This document shows, one piece after another, positions 38,701 through 50,529 of a stretch of DNA of 64,000 bases (position 1 is the stretch's first letter; each line of letters begins with the position of its first letter). The stretch comes from Lepidodermella squamata (lineage: Eukaryota > Animalia > Gastrotricha): the NCBI GenBank assembly GCA_047495785.1, contig JBLDXI010000013.1, forward strand, positions 4,216,001 through 4,280,000, read 5' to 3'. Under the pieces are notes generated by a model. That model did not search any database. It saw only the letters and a program-made list of their open reading frames with translations, and was not told the origin of the DNA. The translations under genes were made by a program, and so were the position numbers.

Positions 38701-41700
38701 CATCTTTTTTGGCTCATGATCTTACAGTAAATTTGACAGTAAGTAAAATGACAAGTATTCAAGGTATTTCCGTAGCAACATTTTGATCTTGAATATCATC
38801 AATTATGCTAATTTTTCGTAAAAATGAAGTATCTTTCAAGTTGTTGATCAACCTGTAAGATGTTGTAAGATGTTGTTCTAAGTTAAGAAGTGTTGTAAGA
38901 TCTTCCAACTTCAAATGCAAAGCCTACGAGAAAACCAACCGTCAAACCAGGAGATTCGCATTTCTATTTTTTGAAATTATGCCTCGACTGAAGTTGACTT
39001 ACGGAATATCGCATGACACCGTAACACCGGCTTGGGGCTGTAATCAGGGAATTTGGCTTACATTAAGATATAAGTTAGACAATTAGGAACTAACCGTTGT
39101 ACCAGAAGCCAAGCTGGAGATTGTCGCAATGAAGTTATTTCCTCGCTGGTACAACCCAAATATCGCAGTCGCAGCCTGGGTGGAGATGAACTTCTTATCA
39201 TCAGTGGTAGGTCCTCTAAATATCAAGGTACATATATTATTTTACTAGAATCAATTAGTAGGATCAAACGTGTAATAAAAGTAGAAGGCGATTGTCTGCC
39301 CCATGGATGAGTAGTGTGAGCACAAGTACCCTCGGTCGTAAATAGACTTAGCGGCAAAAACACTCGAGCCAAGTGCGCTATTTCCCTGCGATATGCGATT
39401 TGTAAAAGCATAACATACTTGAAACAGCTTTAAGATTAAGGAAACCCACATCTTTGTTGAGTTCGATGCCGGCCCGAGTTCCGTTTGGTCGGAGTTCGGC
39501 AGCTCCATTAGCTCGATTTTTAGGCCCATTCACGTAATTCCACCGTTGGTATTGCGGATTGGTTGGTGTTCCGACGTTAATCGGTGAACCGTGAAATTCG
39601 TGGCCCGAAATGTCGTAGGTAAGAAAACGTGCATTTAATGGCCAGAACAGTACTAAATCTTTGGGTGTGCTGAACAGCGATGAATCTACAGCGATTATTT
39701 GTTCAGGAGCATTATTTAGTAAGCAGTTCATGATAGCAATCTTACATTTCCCGTAATAGAAGTTCAATGTATCGCGGCACATTTTATGGACAGGGGAGTT
39801 CTCACTGCTGAACTCTGGAGCTTTAAGCGCGATGTCATACATTGCAAAACAAGCTAATTTCCCAGTGAAAGTCTGAAAACATTCAAATTACTACCAATGT
39901 ATTTGCTACAAATTGATGCCGTTACGTAATTGCCAGCTAAGCCAAATCTTATACCCGATGAGGCAACGATTGGGTAAGGGGCGGCCACTTGACTCACCAA
40001 TTTAGTACCCTTCTCACTGCTGTAGTACAAGCCCCATGTGTTTCCCAAGCGATTGTACTGTATAGCAGCGTTGACCCAGGTATTGCAGAGCATACCAGGT
40101 GCTTCAATGGTCAGTCCTGTGTAAAATGAGCCGGCTGGACTCATAACGTAGAAGACCAATCTGTCACAGTTTTCGACATAGGCTCGGGTGCTCGACTGAA
40201 AATGAAATATGCCAAAAATTATAACAATTATTAGATTCTGTACCGTATTTACCGTATTTTACCGTATTTTTCGAAATTCTAGCATTTTTGCAAAAAAAAA
40301 CAAAAATAGCCCGGGCTTCAATTCAGGCCCCGGGCTTATACAGAAGTACTTTTTATTTCAAGCAGAAAGACAGAGAAATTTGGCTCTGTAATTAACATAA
40401 TTCACGAATTATTCAATTATTGCATATTTACACGTCATCCTTTGTTGAACTATCTCCCAAGGGATACTAGAGTCTCGACATCGAGGAAGATACCCAAGCC
40501 AAGCTATAATAGACTAGAGTCTCTAGAGCTAGAGTATGCCAAGCGGAGCTCGTCTCGGAGAGTCTAGGTGACCAATCCTGGCTCCAGCTCTAGCCGACAT
40601 CATTTCCTCATCATCAATGTCCAGCGAAATATGAGTAGAATTTATAATGAAAGTATTAATAACGATGTAATTCGATGCATTGATTCTATAAGATCCCTAG
40701 GCGCTCCAGTTGTTAATATTATTAACATATGTTATCTATTTTTTTCTATTATTCGGGAATTATTATTTTATTTTTCTATAATTGGAATAATCCGGGCCTA
40801 AATTCGGGTAAATACGGTAATATTGGTGAAGATTTTAGATTCTGTTTGAGTTTCATTACCCAAATCTTGTAAATAAGATATGAACTTACATCAGATCCAG
40901 TTTGGAGATCGTAATGTGAAAATAAGCCATGGTACTCGTTGCCACTGCCTGTTTTTTGTGACGTAGTATTATAGCTTGCTTTAGCATAAAACCAGAAAAC
41001 ATATGTGAATGAACTATTTGATCCAAGAGTATTGTAATATTCTCCAGAAGAAATGGGCGCAGTATTCGAAAGCCCATCAACTGAAAGAAATAATGACGCT
41101 GAATATGGCAAACCCGTTGGCCCTGTACCCGAGGCGACCCGCGTTGGAGTGAAGCGAGTATGACCCCGGCCTGAAATATCTCGGAACATCAAATCTCGAC
41201 CCATCGGCCAAAATCCGCGCAGGTTGGCTGGACTGTATAACATATTATTCGGGCCGCCATAACTAGGGGTAGCGTCAGAAAGTTGCTTGCAGAACGATGT
41301 CAACAATTCGAGATCTGACATGTTCGTTAGTAAGTTAGTCGCGTAGATATATAGGCAAAAGAAGTTGCCTCTCAGTTGCGCTATTGTAGGTTTTACCAAA
41401 GCATCTTTTTTCGATGAGAATGGGCTTGAGATATTTGCTCGCCCAATTTCGAAACCATTCATCATTGCTATGTCGTAATTTGCTCCAAGCATCTGACTTC
41501 CACAGGTAGAGTCACCAGCCATCACCGTCAAATTTCCACTTGGATAATCAAAAAATATTCCCATGCGGAAAGTTGATGGACGTCGAGCACCACTCGGATA
41601 GCAGTTTTGATAAGAAACCCTCGTGTCATTTTGTACGAAATTAACAACCACGGTTGCGTTATCAGTATACCAGACGATCATTCCTTGGTAACTATCCCAG

Positions 41701-44700
41701 CCGTAGAATACTATCAATGGTCCGACAGTATCAGTTGAGCTAGGTTTTGGATAACTGCGATAAACAAAGAAAACCACCGAGAATGATGAGCGGTACAGGC
41801 TTGTCGACAGGCGATCGCGTACGTCGTCATATATAAAACCGTTGCCACTCATTACAGTTCGCTTCAACCAAGAGTTCGCATTCCAAGCTACTCCGGCAGG
41901 TCTCGAGAATTTAATCACCTTCCCTGTCCCTTCAGCGCCATTGTAGTAGTCGAACAACGGCCAGAATCCGACAAGGTCATACGGCTTCGGCAGTTTTGTC
42001 GGTAGTCCTTGAAAAGAGTTCGCTCTGCTATCTTATCCTAATAAAATTGCAATGAAATTTACGTTGTGCAATGGTCTCGTCTAAATATGTTTCCATCGCT
42101 GTCGCGTTGTAAAAGCCGTCGGCCTCGTGAAACCATTGGCCAGTTACTGTAGGTGGAACAGCCGTAATAAGCATGAATCTGAAAATTCCATGTCTCAGTT
42201 TCTCGGGCTGTATTAAGGCTTTAACTACTCACCCTGCAATCGCTCCATCCCATGTAACACCTGTCGTGGGGTTTTGGCCGAAAACAATCCCGTAAGCTGA
42301 GGTTTGGAAATCCCCCGCACTTGGGGTAACTGGTGATCCGCAAGGTTTGAAGCCGACATTAATGTAGTAGGTACCATAAAGGTCTACAGCAACGCCTGAA
42401 AATCATGTCTTTGTCAGTTATAAACATTCAGCAAGCAATTTTTCATGTGAGAGCATCAACCAAAAACTCAGGAGAAAGGGATTGGCAATATATAGAATAC
42501 ATCTAGACTCGAGCAATTTTTCGAATGACTAGTTTCCTGAAATAAAATTCTCATTATAATCGAACTAAATTTTGAAGTGTTCTTTTTGAAAATTGAACCA
42601 GCAGAATAATTCCCCAACTTGGGGCTATATGCTAAATAGGCTAGTTAATGTGTTTAATGTGAGCCGATTTTCGTGCAATTTTCTTTCGTGATAAATCCTT
42701 GGAGTATCTAAAGGACAATTGGGACATAAAGGAAATCTTGCCAAATATTCGAAAAGAATTAGAGCCTTTGTTACCCGCACGAGTGTACTACACGCTATAT
42801 ACATATCGTTTAGGCATCTGTCAGATTATCAAATCGCTCGCCCGCCTATGTCTAAGTCTATGACGAGTTCAATAAATTTACCTATTCGATTCCAAGCATT
42901 CGGTTTGATGCATTTTGCAGCGATGATAAATGTACCACTCGACCGCACGTATATATTTAAGGTTGTATATCCATCGTATTCATAGGTAGTACCACGGAGA
43001 TCCGGCGCAAGTGAGTAAGGCTGGATGAAGCTGAATACTACGCCAGACTTGTTCAGTTGTGCGTACATCCAAAAGCGAAACGCCCAAGTTGCCTTGCCTC
43101 GAAGGTTGTTAACCCACTTCGACGCAGTGTCGTTAATCAAAATTCTTGAGTTCATAAGATGCGGATGAAACTTAACAGCCGTTCCAGGTACCCCTGTCGG
43201 TCCCGCTATCAGTGATACATTCGCTACTGATGTGAACGCATCGGCTGTCAGTAGTGACAAGATCTTTGTTCCGCTGGTTTCACGCGAGACGTCTCGCAAA
43301 CCGTACAGCCGATTAGTAGCCCACGCGAATCCAGTCGACTGCAACATTGAGTCGCTGTTGTCAGATGGGTAAATGACTGTTTTTTTGGGAAAATATAAAA
43401 AATGAGCAGTAAAAGCGTTTAACGACGCGCTATAAAATTGCTTCACTGTCCACCTTTCTAAGAGTGATTATTGCAACATGGACCTATTTGACGAGGTGAG
43501 CCGTAATTATTCTCAAAAATGATGCCCAAATATTGCATTTTCTTGATAAAATACATCTCTAATCTAGTTCGTGGTACTGGCCCGCTAAAATTTGGTCCAC
43601 TGGGCGCTGGGACGCATACAAAAAATATTAAAAAATTGTTATTTTTGAAGAGTTTGGATTCAACGTTGGAAAAGAAATCCCAGCTGCGAATTTTCGTGTT
43701 TTTCTGATTTCTGCTAACTTTCTCCCTGAATGAAAACTCAATTAATCCTACTAAACTTTTCCGGCGGCTCAGTAAAGCTGCTAATGGCCCCTTTTACAAT
43801 AAATCATTCGAATGGTAAATGCGATGGTAATTTCGCATGATTACGCAAGTAGTAATGAGTGGGTTACAAAGGAAAATGCTTAATTTGGTGCTGCTTACGA
43901 CTTCAGACGGATTCTAGCTAATCGGGGATTAAAAGTCATGTAGACAAGCCATTGCAGTGTCACAGAATACTGTAGATTTTGAGGAAAATGAAACTGAACC
44001 AAAAATCCTACAACGGGAGAATTCATTTCTTAGCCTACATTATAACGCGGAATAAAAACCGAAGTGTCAATTTGGGGTATCACTTGCAGCAGTTGAATTA
44101 CTTATTATAACGGAGCGGAATTCGAACTAACTTTTTCAATTAAGGATTAAGCTTCGAATAAGGTTCGGTCCAAGCAATATCGCCTCAATTTTTATCTCTT
44201 TGTCGAAGAAGCTTTTAACATACCGTATCTGCAGTAGCTCGGATACTGAGTTGTGCAATTATTATAGCCGTAAGCGGATGTGCTAGTATCCCAAAACACG
44301 CATCTTCCTGGGTATGTACCAGATGATGGTAAAGCGGTAACTGATAAAATATACACATCAATTTCAAGTTTAACCATTTCGACCTTGAAACATTGTGACG
44401 AAAACGTACTAGCATTTATCAGATCCCTCACGTCCTGCGAATCGTCAAAATAGTCCCAACCAGGCCGAGCTGTGCTGTAGTATATTCCCACCCATCTCGG
44501 GCCGGGGCTTGTCGATCTACAATAATTAAATTATGCTCTCATCGTAACGCTTATGATTGAAGTTTTTATACTTACTCTGAGTTCATATTCGGAAACGGTG
44601 CGCCACGATATGTTGCCAACGTGCCACCTGGTGCCAGGTTTTTACAAGCTTCTAGGGCGTCTGCCCAACTCAAGGGCTTTGGATTGATTTTGAAGCAAGA

Positions 44701-44853
44701 ATTCCAGCTGAAAAGCCAGCCGACCGGGCAATGACCTGCAATTAACTGATGATCGATATGTCGAGTTTTTCCTTCACAATTCTTACGGTGTGCATCGGCT
44801 TCTTGAATCAAGAAGATCCAAACAAAGCTCAAAGCGATAATCATCGGCCGCAT
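20757..44853 (-). CDS. Giant polycystin-1-like receptor (PKD1/REJ family), >30 exons, roughly 6,500 aa: signal peptide, CTL, ~5 LamG-like, WSC, CTLs, FA58C, PKD-like, CTLs, PAN, FA58C, PKD repeats, REJ, GAIN/GPS, TM1, PLAT, polycystin channel domain
   Basis: GPS CIFWD..WSTSGC..TQCFCNHLTSFG; PLAT YEITVWTGQRKGSGTSANV..FERGAMDAF..LRIWHDNSG..CDRWL; HLWISVFSRPPRSQFTRTQRLTCC; LRQLRV, YDGGGYV, WLDDKTRALFIEF; channel TMs; REJ CRVSPKEGYALTTNFDIRCSGFSD. The junctions checked (most of them) keep the frame, from ATG 44853 to TAA 20757; AATAAA follows the stop. Confidence 0.9.
40241..40819. mobile_element. MITE-like element (Tc1/pogo-type ends) in a polycystin intron
   Basis: TACCGTATTTACC at 40241 (locally repeated) and GGTAAATACGGTA at 40807-40819, with TA at the termini and related subterminal CCCGGG/CCGGGC motifs. 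Confidence 0.65.
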
Positions 44854-45320
44854 AACTTTCGAGTTATCGGCTGGCTCTGTACAGTTTCGATAAAATTTAT
44901 GGCAAATTCTATTTAAATAAAGTAGGAGGCAAATGTTTTCTGCATGAGCTTGGTCTGGTTTCGACTGATTTGTGATCGATTGGCTACCGCTGATTTGAAT
45001 GACATGTCGCTAGGAAATCACACCAACTAAAACTCACGCTTGGAAACAGCGAAAATTGAGGGAGCTCAACGTGAAAATAGTAGTTCGTATTACTTTCGAG
45101 TTATCGGCTGGCTCTGTATAGGTTCTATAACATTTTTGGCAAATTATTTAAAAGAAAGTAGGAGGCAAATGTTTTCCGTATGTGCTTGGTTTGGTTTCGG
45201 CTGCTCTGTTATCGATTGGCTACCGTCGATTCGAAAGGCATGTTGCTGTAAACTAAATTTGTTGTGAACGCCAACTAAAATTCACGCTTGGAAACAGCAG
45301 ACAATTGAGGAGATCAATAG
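44854..45320. repeat. Diverged ~240-bp tandem duplication of the region immediately upstream of the polycystin ATG
   Basis: ACTTTCGAGTTATCGGCTGGCTCTGTA..AAGTAGGAGGCAAATGTTTTC..ATCGATTGGCTACCG..CCAACTAAAA..CACGCTTGGAAACAGC occurs at ~44855-45070 and again at ~45092-45320. Confidence 0.9.
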
Positions 45321-45334
45321 TTGTGGAAAATTAT

Positions 45335-45570
45335 TGTCATGGCTCCGATCTTATTTCTCTGATAGGTACTTTCGTGTAAGGATTCGGTCAAGTTTTTCTA
45401 GCTGCTGTCCTCTGCCATCTGATGTCCCACAGGGATCAGTTTTGGGTCCTTTGTTATTTTTTATTTTTTAATCTTTCTTGTTGATGAATGTCTTACTAAT
45501 TTTCTGGCCAATTACTTTGCCGTCGACACGAAATTATTTAAAATTATTGATTCTCAAGATGATACTTTTA
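45335..45570 (+). mobile_element. Degenerate LINE reverse transcriptase fragment
   Basis: SYFSDRYFRVRI ... SDVPQGSVLGPLLFFIF ... YFAVDTKLFKIIDS (decayed FADDTKL motif), with frameshifts. Confidence 0.8.
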
Positions 45571-45753
45571 TAGTAAAAAACTCGAACATTTTTTCATATC
45601 CTTGAAGAGTAAAAATCGCTGAAAATCATTACGGTTAATCAGGCAAGAAATTAAAAACAACGCGAATTCTTGTAATCACTTCAAATTCATTTCAGTGATA
45701 AACATGAAGAGACAACCGTTATATCGATTCATAGAGCTGAGTAAGTATAGAAA

Positions 45754-48716
45754 TCATTTTTTTGATGTTCGTGTAATAAGCTTGGAACTTTGTTCATTGT
45801 TATTGTTAAAAGCATCTGGCAATTTGAAAAATATAGTGACTACTTCGGCCATGGTGCTATGCTTGTGGCGAGCGTTCGGCATTGGCTGATTATCGGCTTC
45901 ATCCATGCTTTTAGATTCGCCATCGATAGCTATAATTTCGTTAGGACCCGCATTCATACCAGATATAAAGCCTGACGACGCTGTACTGGTGCCAGATGGA
46001 GCTGCCTTCTTGTCATCCACTTCGATAGGCCTTGTTTCACTTCCGCCTTCTCTCGGCTTCGTAATAGCCTGCAAGTTGACGGCAGAAAACAAAGCGGCAA
46101 TGCCAAGGCTAGCTGAGTAATCAGCCTCAGTAACAGCCTCAGAATCCTTATACAACGAAAGCGCTTTAGATCCCGCCGACGGTCGAACAAAACGCATTGC
46201 TGGCCGCTGTTTGGTATTCACTGTTCCGTTGAAATGCAGATGCCCAGTTTTTATTGCCTTCACAATGTGATACATCTGCAAAAAGTTATTGGTAAAATTT
46301 ACATCGTACTAATACCTATGACAATTTCGAACCTTTGAAGCAAACAGAAAAGCTGTAGTTCCGGTTACAGTGAGTTGAATATGAAGAAACAGCAAGATGT
46401 AGAATAAGTCTGGATCAGCATTATTTTGCAAGAAGAACATGCTGACGTTGAAAAATATCGCCATGATTGTTTCATTGTAAATAGCCCAGCTAATGAATCT
46501 GCTTTCATTGAATGCGCTCGGAGTTTTGCGAACCGAAATCGTGAGATAAATTCCCCATATGAGCAAAATGACTTTGCACGCTGCGATGCCGTAGTCCCAA
46601 AAGTCGAAGCTACAAGAGAACGTTTTCATTCCATTCGAATGTTTCGCTGTAAAAATAAATAAATATATGAAGGTCTCGAAGCATTAGCAAAACAAACAAG
46701 TTTCAACTTCTGGTCGACCTATCACCGTCCTTAACGCGCAGAATGTCACGAAAATCCCAACTACACCGCCTATTCGCCTGAGCAGCATCATATCAGTAAT
46801 TTTGACATTACGGTGCTTTGTGGGACGGAACACTATGGAAATCCTGTAACCACGATATATCATCGAAAAATATCCATCATTTAAGAATTCAAACCTCCAA
46901 GTTTTGAACAAGATCGCGGAGTAAATGGTCGCAAATCCTATGTCACGAAGCCAAAATTGCAGTGAACACAAAATTTCGATAGGTTCGAAGTAATGGACGA
47001 TCATCGGCATATACGACAGCAAGGCCCCGACCAAAATTATATGCAGAAGGACCGGGCTGGCAGCTAGAATTGGCTGCAATAAAACTGTTAGCAAAATCAA
47101 ATCATACCCAAAAATATGTACCTTAGCATTTCTGAACATGTGAACGAACCCAAACCAAATGCAAGCTATGAGCATGAATAGTGAGTTGACGGATAACAGG
47201 ATAGTGCGTAGAATCCAATTTATCGGATAAAGACATGGGCTATGCAAGAAATGAAGCCGAGGCACACCCTTTTTTATAGCAATTTTACCTATCGTCAAAG
47301 CAAGTATCACAACCCGGCGCGCATTTGATGCAATCGAAAGTTGAGTCGTATTCATTGATTTCGCCCTGGTCATATCAACATTTTTCAAGGAAACTGCACG
47401 ATTTATCAGCGAAAAATTACGTCTTTTTTCTTGTCGTACTCCTGTTCGACATCACTACCGTTGTAGAAAAAGAACTCCGGCTCGTCATGTACTGCGTGGC
47501 GAAGATGAAGCGGAAAGTAGTAACCGTCGCGGCAAACACAATTGTAAGACCCGCGTTTAAAGCCTTTTCCAGCCAGTGGAACACACTGAAACATATATCG
47601 GAAAGTTTAATTCAATCAATTTTGCCAGGCCCCTTATTACCGTAGTTGTCGGTCTACATTTGTGGCTATCGGCAAAAACGTTATTTTCCGAGCCGGTTCT
47701 TCCGTCATCGGCACATTGATTAATGTCAACCTAGAAAATACGGCCAAAATTAATGTCTGAAAACTAGGAAAAATTTAGATAATTTACCCTCATCAAATCG
47801 ATGTCAATGCCGCTGGTCCCCCTGATAGCAAAAAAATCGAACTTATGAATGATATGAATATAACACAGCTTACTTGAAAACGTATCTTTCCGAAAGCCTA
47901 TCGTAGCCGAAAAAAGGTACTAAAAACATAAAATATATTGCAAAATACAGCAGGGAAATGGTTGGTTTTACCGGTATACGTGATCATCCAAATATTTCCA
48001 CCGCCGCAGTCGTAGTACGGTAACGACCAATGGCCATCTTCGTACTTGACCAGGAGAGTTTGAAAAAATTTCGGCGAATCCTCATCAGGTAGATGGAAAA
48101 TGAAGGAATTCATTTGCCTGGTATGGATGTTGTTTACAATGTTAATGCCCATTTGCCTAATTTCATGAAACCATTCGTGCTCCGTGTTATTTTCGTCATC
48201 ATAGCTATGCGTTTTCGCCAGGTCTTTGACGACAATCGAACCGTCGTTGCTTCGATAGCCGTAAGGGCAGAAAATTCCTGACTCATTGAATTGCCCGAGA
48301 TCATAGCAATTCCCGGCGCCGAAAATTTGCTCATCGCTCTCGACGAGATTTGTGACTAACATGTAGAGAACTGCTTCGTTATTAAGAGATTCTGGGTGGT
48401 TTTTCCACATGTAAGTTAGGAGATTAGCCCGAGACACCGCTGTCATGGCTTGCTGTTTGAACCGCTCGCGAGCTAGGCCTTGCACAACACCCGGGCCCAG
48501 ATTTTCGAGACTGCAGTTGTTAGGCCTCGTTTTTTCCATTCGCCGCAAGAAATCGTCGATAATCGACACGTTGCTGTTAACCTGCTCGATTTCAAGCAGA
48601 ATAGCCTCACCTGAATCGTTGCCCGATGAGAGCGCGACATTTTCTAGCCGGCTAGCAGTGAAAATGGAAGCTAAAATTGTGGTAACAATCGGAAAAACGG
48701 CGCCGTTGTTAAGCAT
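45754..48716 (-). CDS. GPR158: GPR158/GPR179-like class C GPCR (Cache-like ectodomain, EGF-like/Cys-rich region, 7TM); multi-exon
   Basis: AVSRANLLT, FCPYGYR, DGHWSLPYYDCGGGNIWMITYT, DINQC, GKGFKRGSYNCVCRDGYYFP, CIKCAPGCDTCFDDSPCL, GFATIYSAILFKTWRIS, PSAFNESRFISWAIYNE. Confidence 0.88.
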
Positions 48717-49583
48717 GTCTAAAACTGGCGCTGATGAACTCGTTTAATATTTGTGTCGTTTGATGACAATTTGCGTCGATCATCTAGGATTGAGAAAATG
48801 TACTTGATTGATAATGGCAAACAGCGGGGGCCGGGAACAAGATTGCCTCAAGGTGTAGGTCGCCCTATCAAGTGGCCGTTAAAAATCGCTAAATTGCGAT
48901 AATTGACTATTATTTCGCGAAAATTCGAGCGCGCATCAATTATCCCTTGATGAAAAGCAAGCTGGAAATTAAGGCTGCCCAATGCAGCTACGTCATCTTC
49001 TGTTCTGATTTCTTTAATCTAATAACCATAAAAAGCGGCCATCATTGCTCATCTATTGCAAATCGCCACAGGTCGCAGGGTTGGAATTATTTTATGCTTT
49101 TAAACGATATCATCGATCATGGGCTGTTTCGACGCAAATTCACTTAGGATTTCATCGTTTTTTGCGCCGACTCCGTTGGGACACAGTTATATTAAATAAG
49201 TACCGCAAAATTGACCAAGTCAAACACGCGGGTTAAAAAACATGTTATATCTGCCTCGTGCAACTGGGCATGTCAATTGTGATTCGATAATTGCGCTAAC
49301 ATGGCTGAAAATCTAACGAAGCACTTCTAACGCCCTTCAGCATTGAAAAATATGCGTCAAAGTTCATCAAATCATTATCTTATGCCCGGAAGCCAAGTTT
49401 CGAGACAATAAATACTAGAACATCCTATTTTTATTCGGCAGCTCAAAATTGCAAAAAAATCATCGCTGATAATAACTTTACGACAACAAGTGAATCAGAT
49501 AATTTTTTACAACAACTCAGTAATCAAGTTAAAGCGGAGCGGGATTTTTCCTTGAATAAAACAAACATCGATCTGCCAGGCTG

Positions 49584-50411
49584 CTACATTGCAATAATAC
49601 GATAGAACGCCAGGCAAATGGTGAGGCACGAAAAGATAGCACCTATGATTGAGTAATTGAAGCACATGTAAGTATAATAAATCAATGAACTAGAACATAT
49701 GTAGATCTTACCAGCGCTGAATTTCATAATATCGTTCCGGTATTTCTCGAACGTTGTATTTAGGTTGGCCACATGCTTATCGATGGAACCTTCAGTTTGT
49801 AAAATTTGAGTCCTCAAATTTTGGACCTGAAAAAAATTATTAAAATAAAATATAATTAATCAATATTAATTACCTCGCTTTGAGCTCGGCCTTTCTCGAG
49901 ATTGATATCCAGGGTCATGTGGCTCTGAAGCTTGGACAACGAGTCTTTGACCGAATTTTGAAGATTGTTCAATTCGATTTTCATCTTTTCACTTTCAGAC
50001 CGAAGTGCACCGAATTCTGATTTCTCGAGAATAACCATGTCTTTTTTCAACGCGGCAACGTGCGCCAAGACTTGTTGCGAAAAGATTTCCTACAAATTTT
50101 CGAAAAATTGTAATAAATTCAGAAATAAATTGAATTAAAATTACCTGCTGGGCTTTTGTTACAGTAGCTCTTTGAATCGCCTCCATCTGAGCCTGAATTA
50201 TGTTATGCAAAACAGTGCACAGTGCCTCAGATTGTTGAAGCGTGAAACCGGAGGCTTGCAAATTTTTAACCAGCGCGTGCGTGTCAAACGGAACGCTAGT
50301 TTTCGGCGAGGTCAGATCAACATGGCGAACATCCATTCCATCCGATAGAAACCGTCTGGCCAACAGGGGGCGCGAAAATTTCGCAACATTGAATATCGGC
50401 CTCAAACTCAT
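49584..50411 (-). CDS. CCDC90B: Mitochondrial CCDC90/MCUR1 family coiled-coil protein; ~4 exons
   Basis: Mitochondrial presequence, FDTHALVKNLQASGFTLQQSE, KKDMVILEKSEFGALRSE, LDINLEKGR, FEKYRNDIMKFSAG, C-terminal TM CLTICLAFYRI. Confidence 0.9.
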
Positions 50412-50529
50412 TTCTTTGCTAAATTATTCTAAATAAATTCGAACAAATGGTATTTTTTTTACTGCAATAAGACATTCGGCAGTGAAAATTGCGGTATAAA
50501 TAATAGATCAAATAATCAACAAAAATTAA

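Noticed and set aside
20905-44853. Treating the many minus-strand ORFs as separate lectin, LamG and channel genes
   Set aside because: The junctions checked are short introns that preserve the frame, and only one signal peptide and one terminal stop/AATAAA were found.
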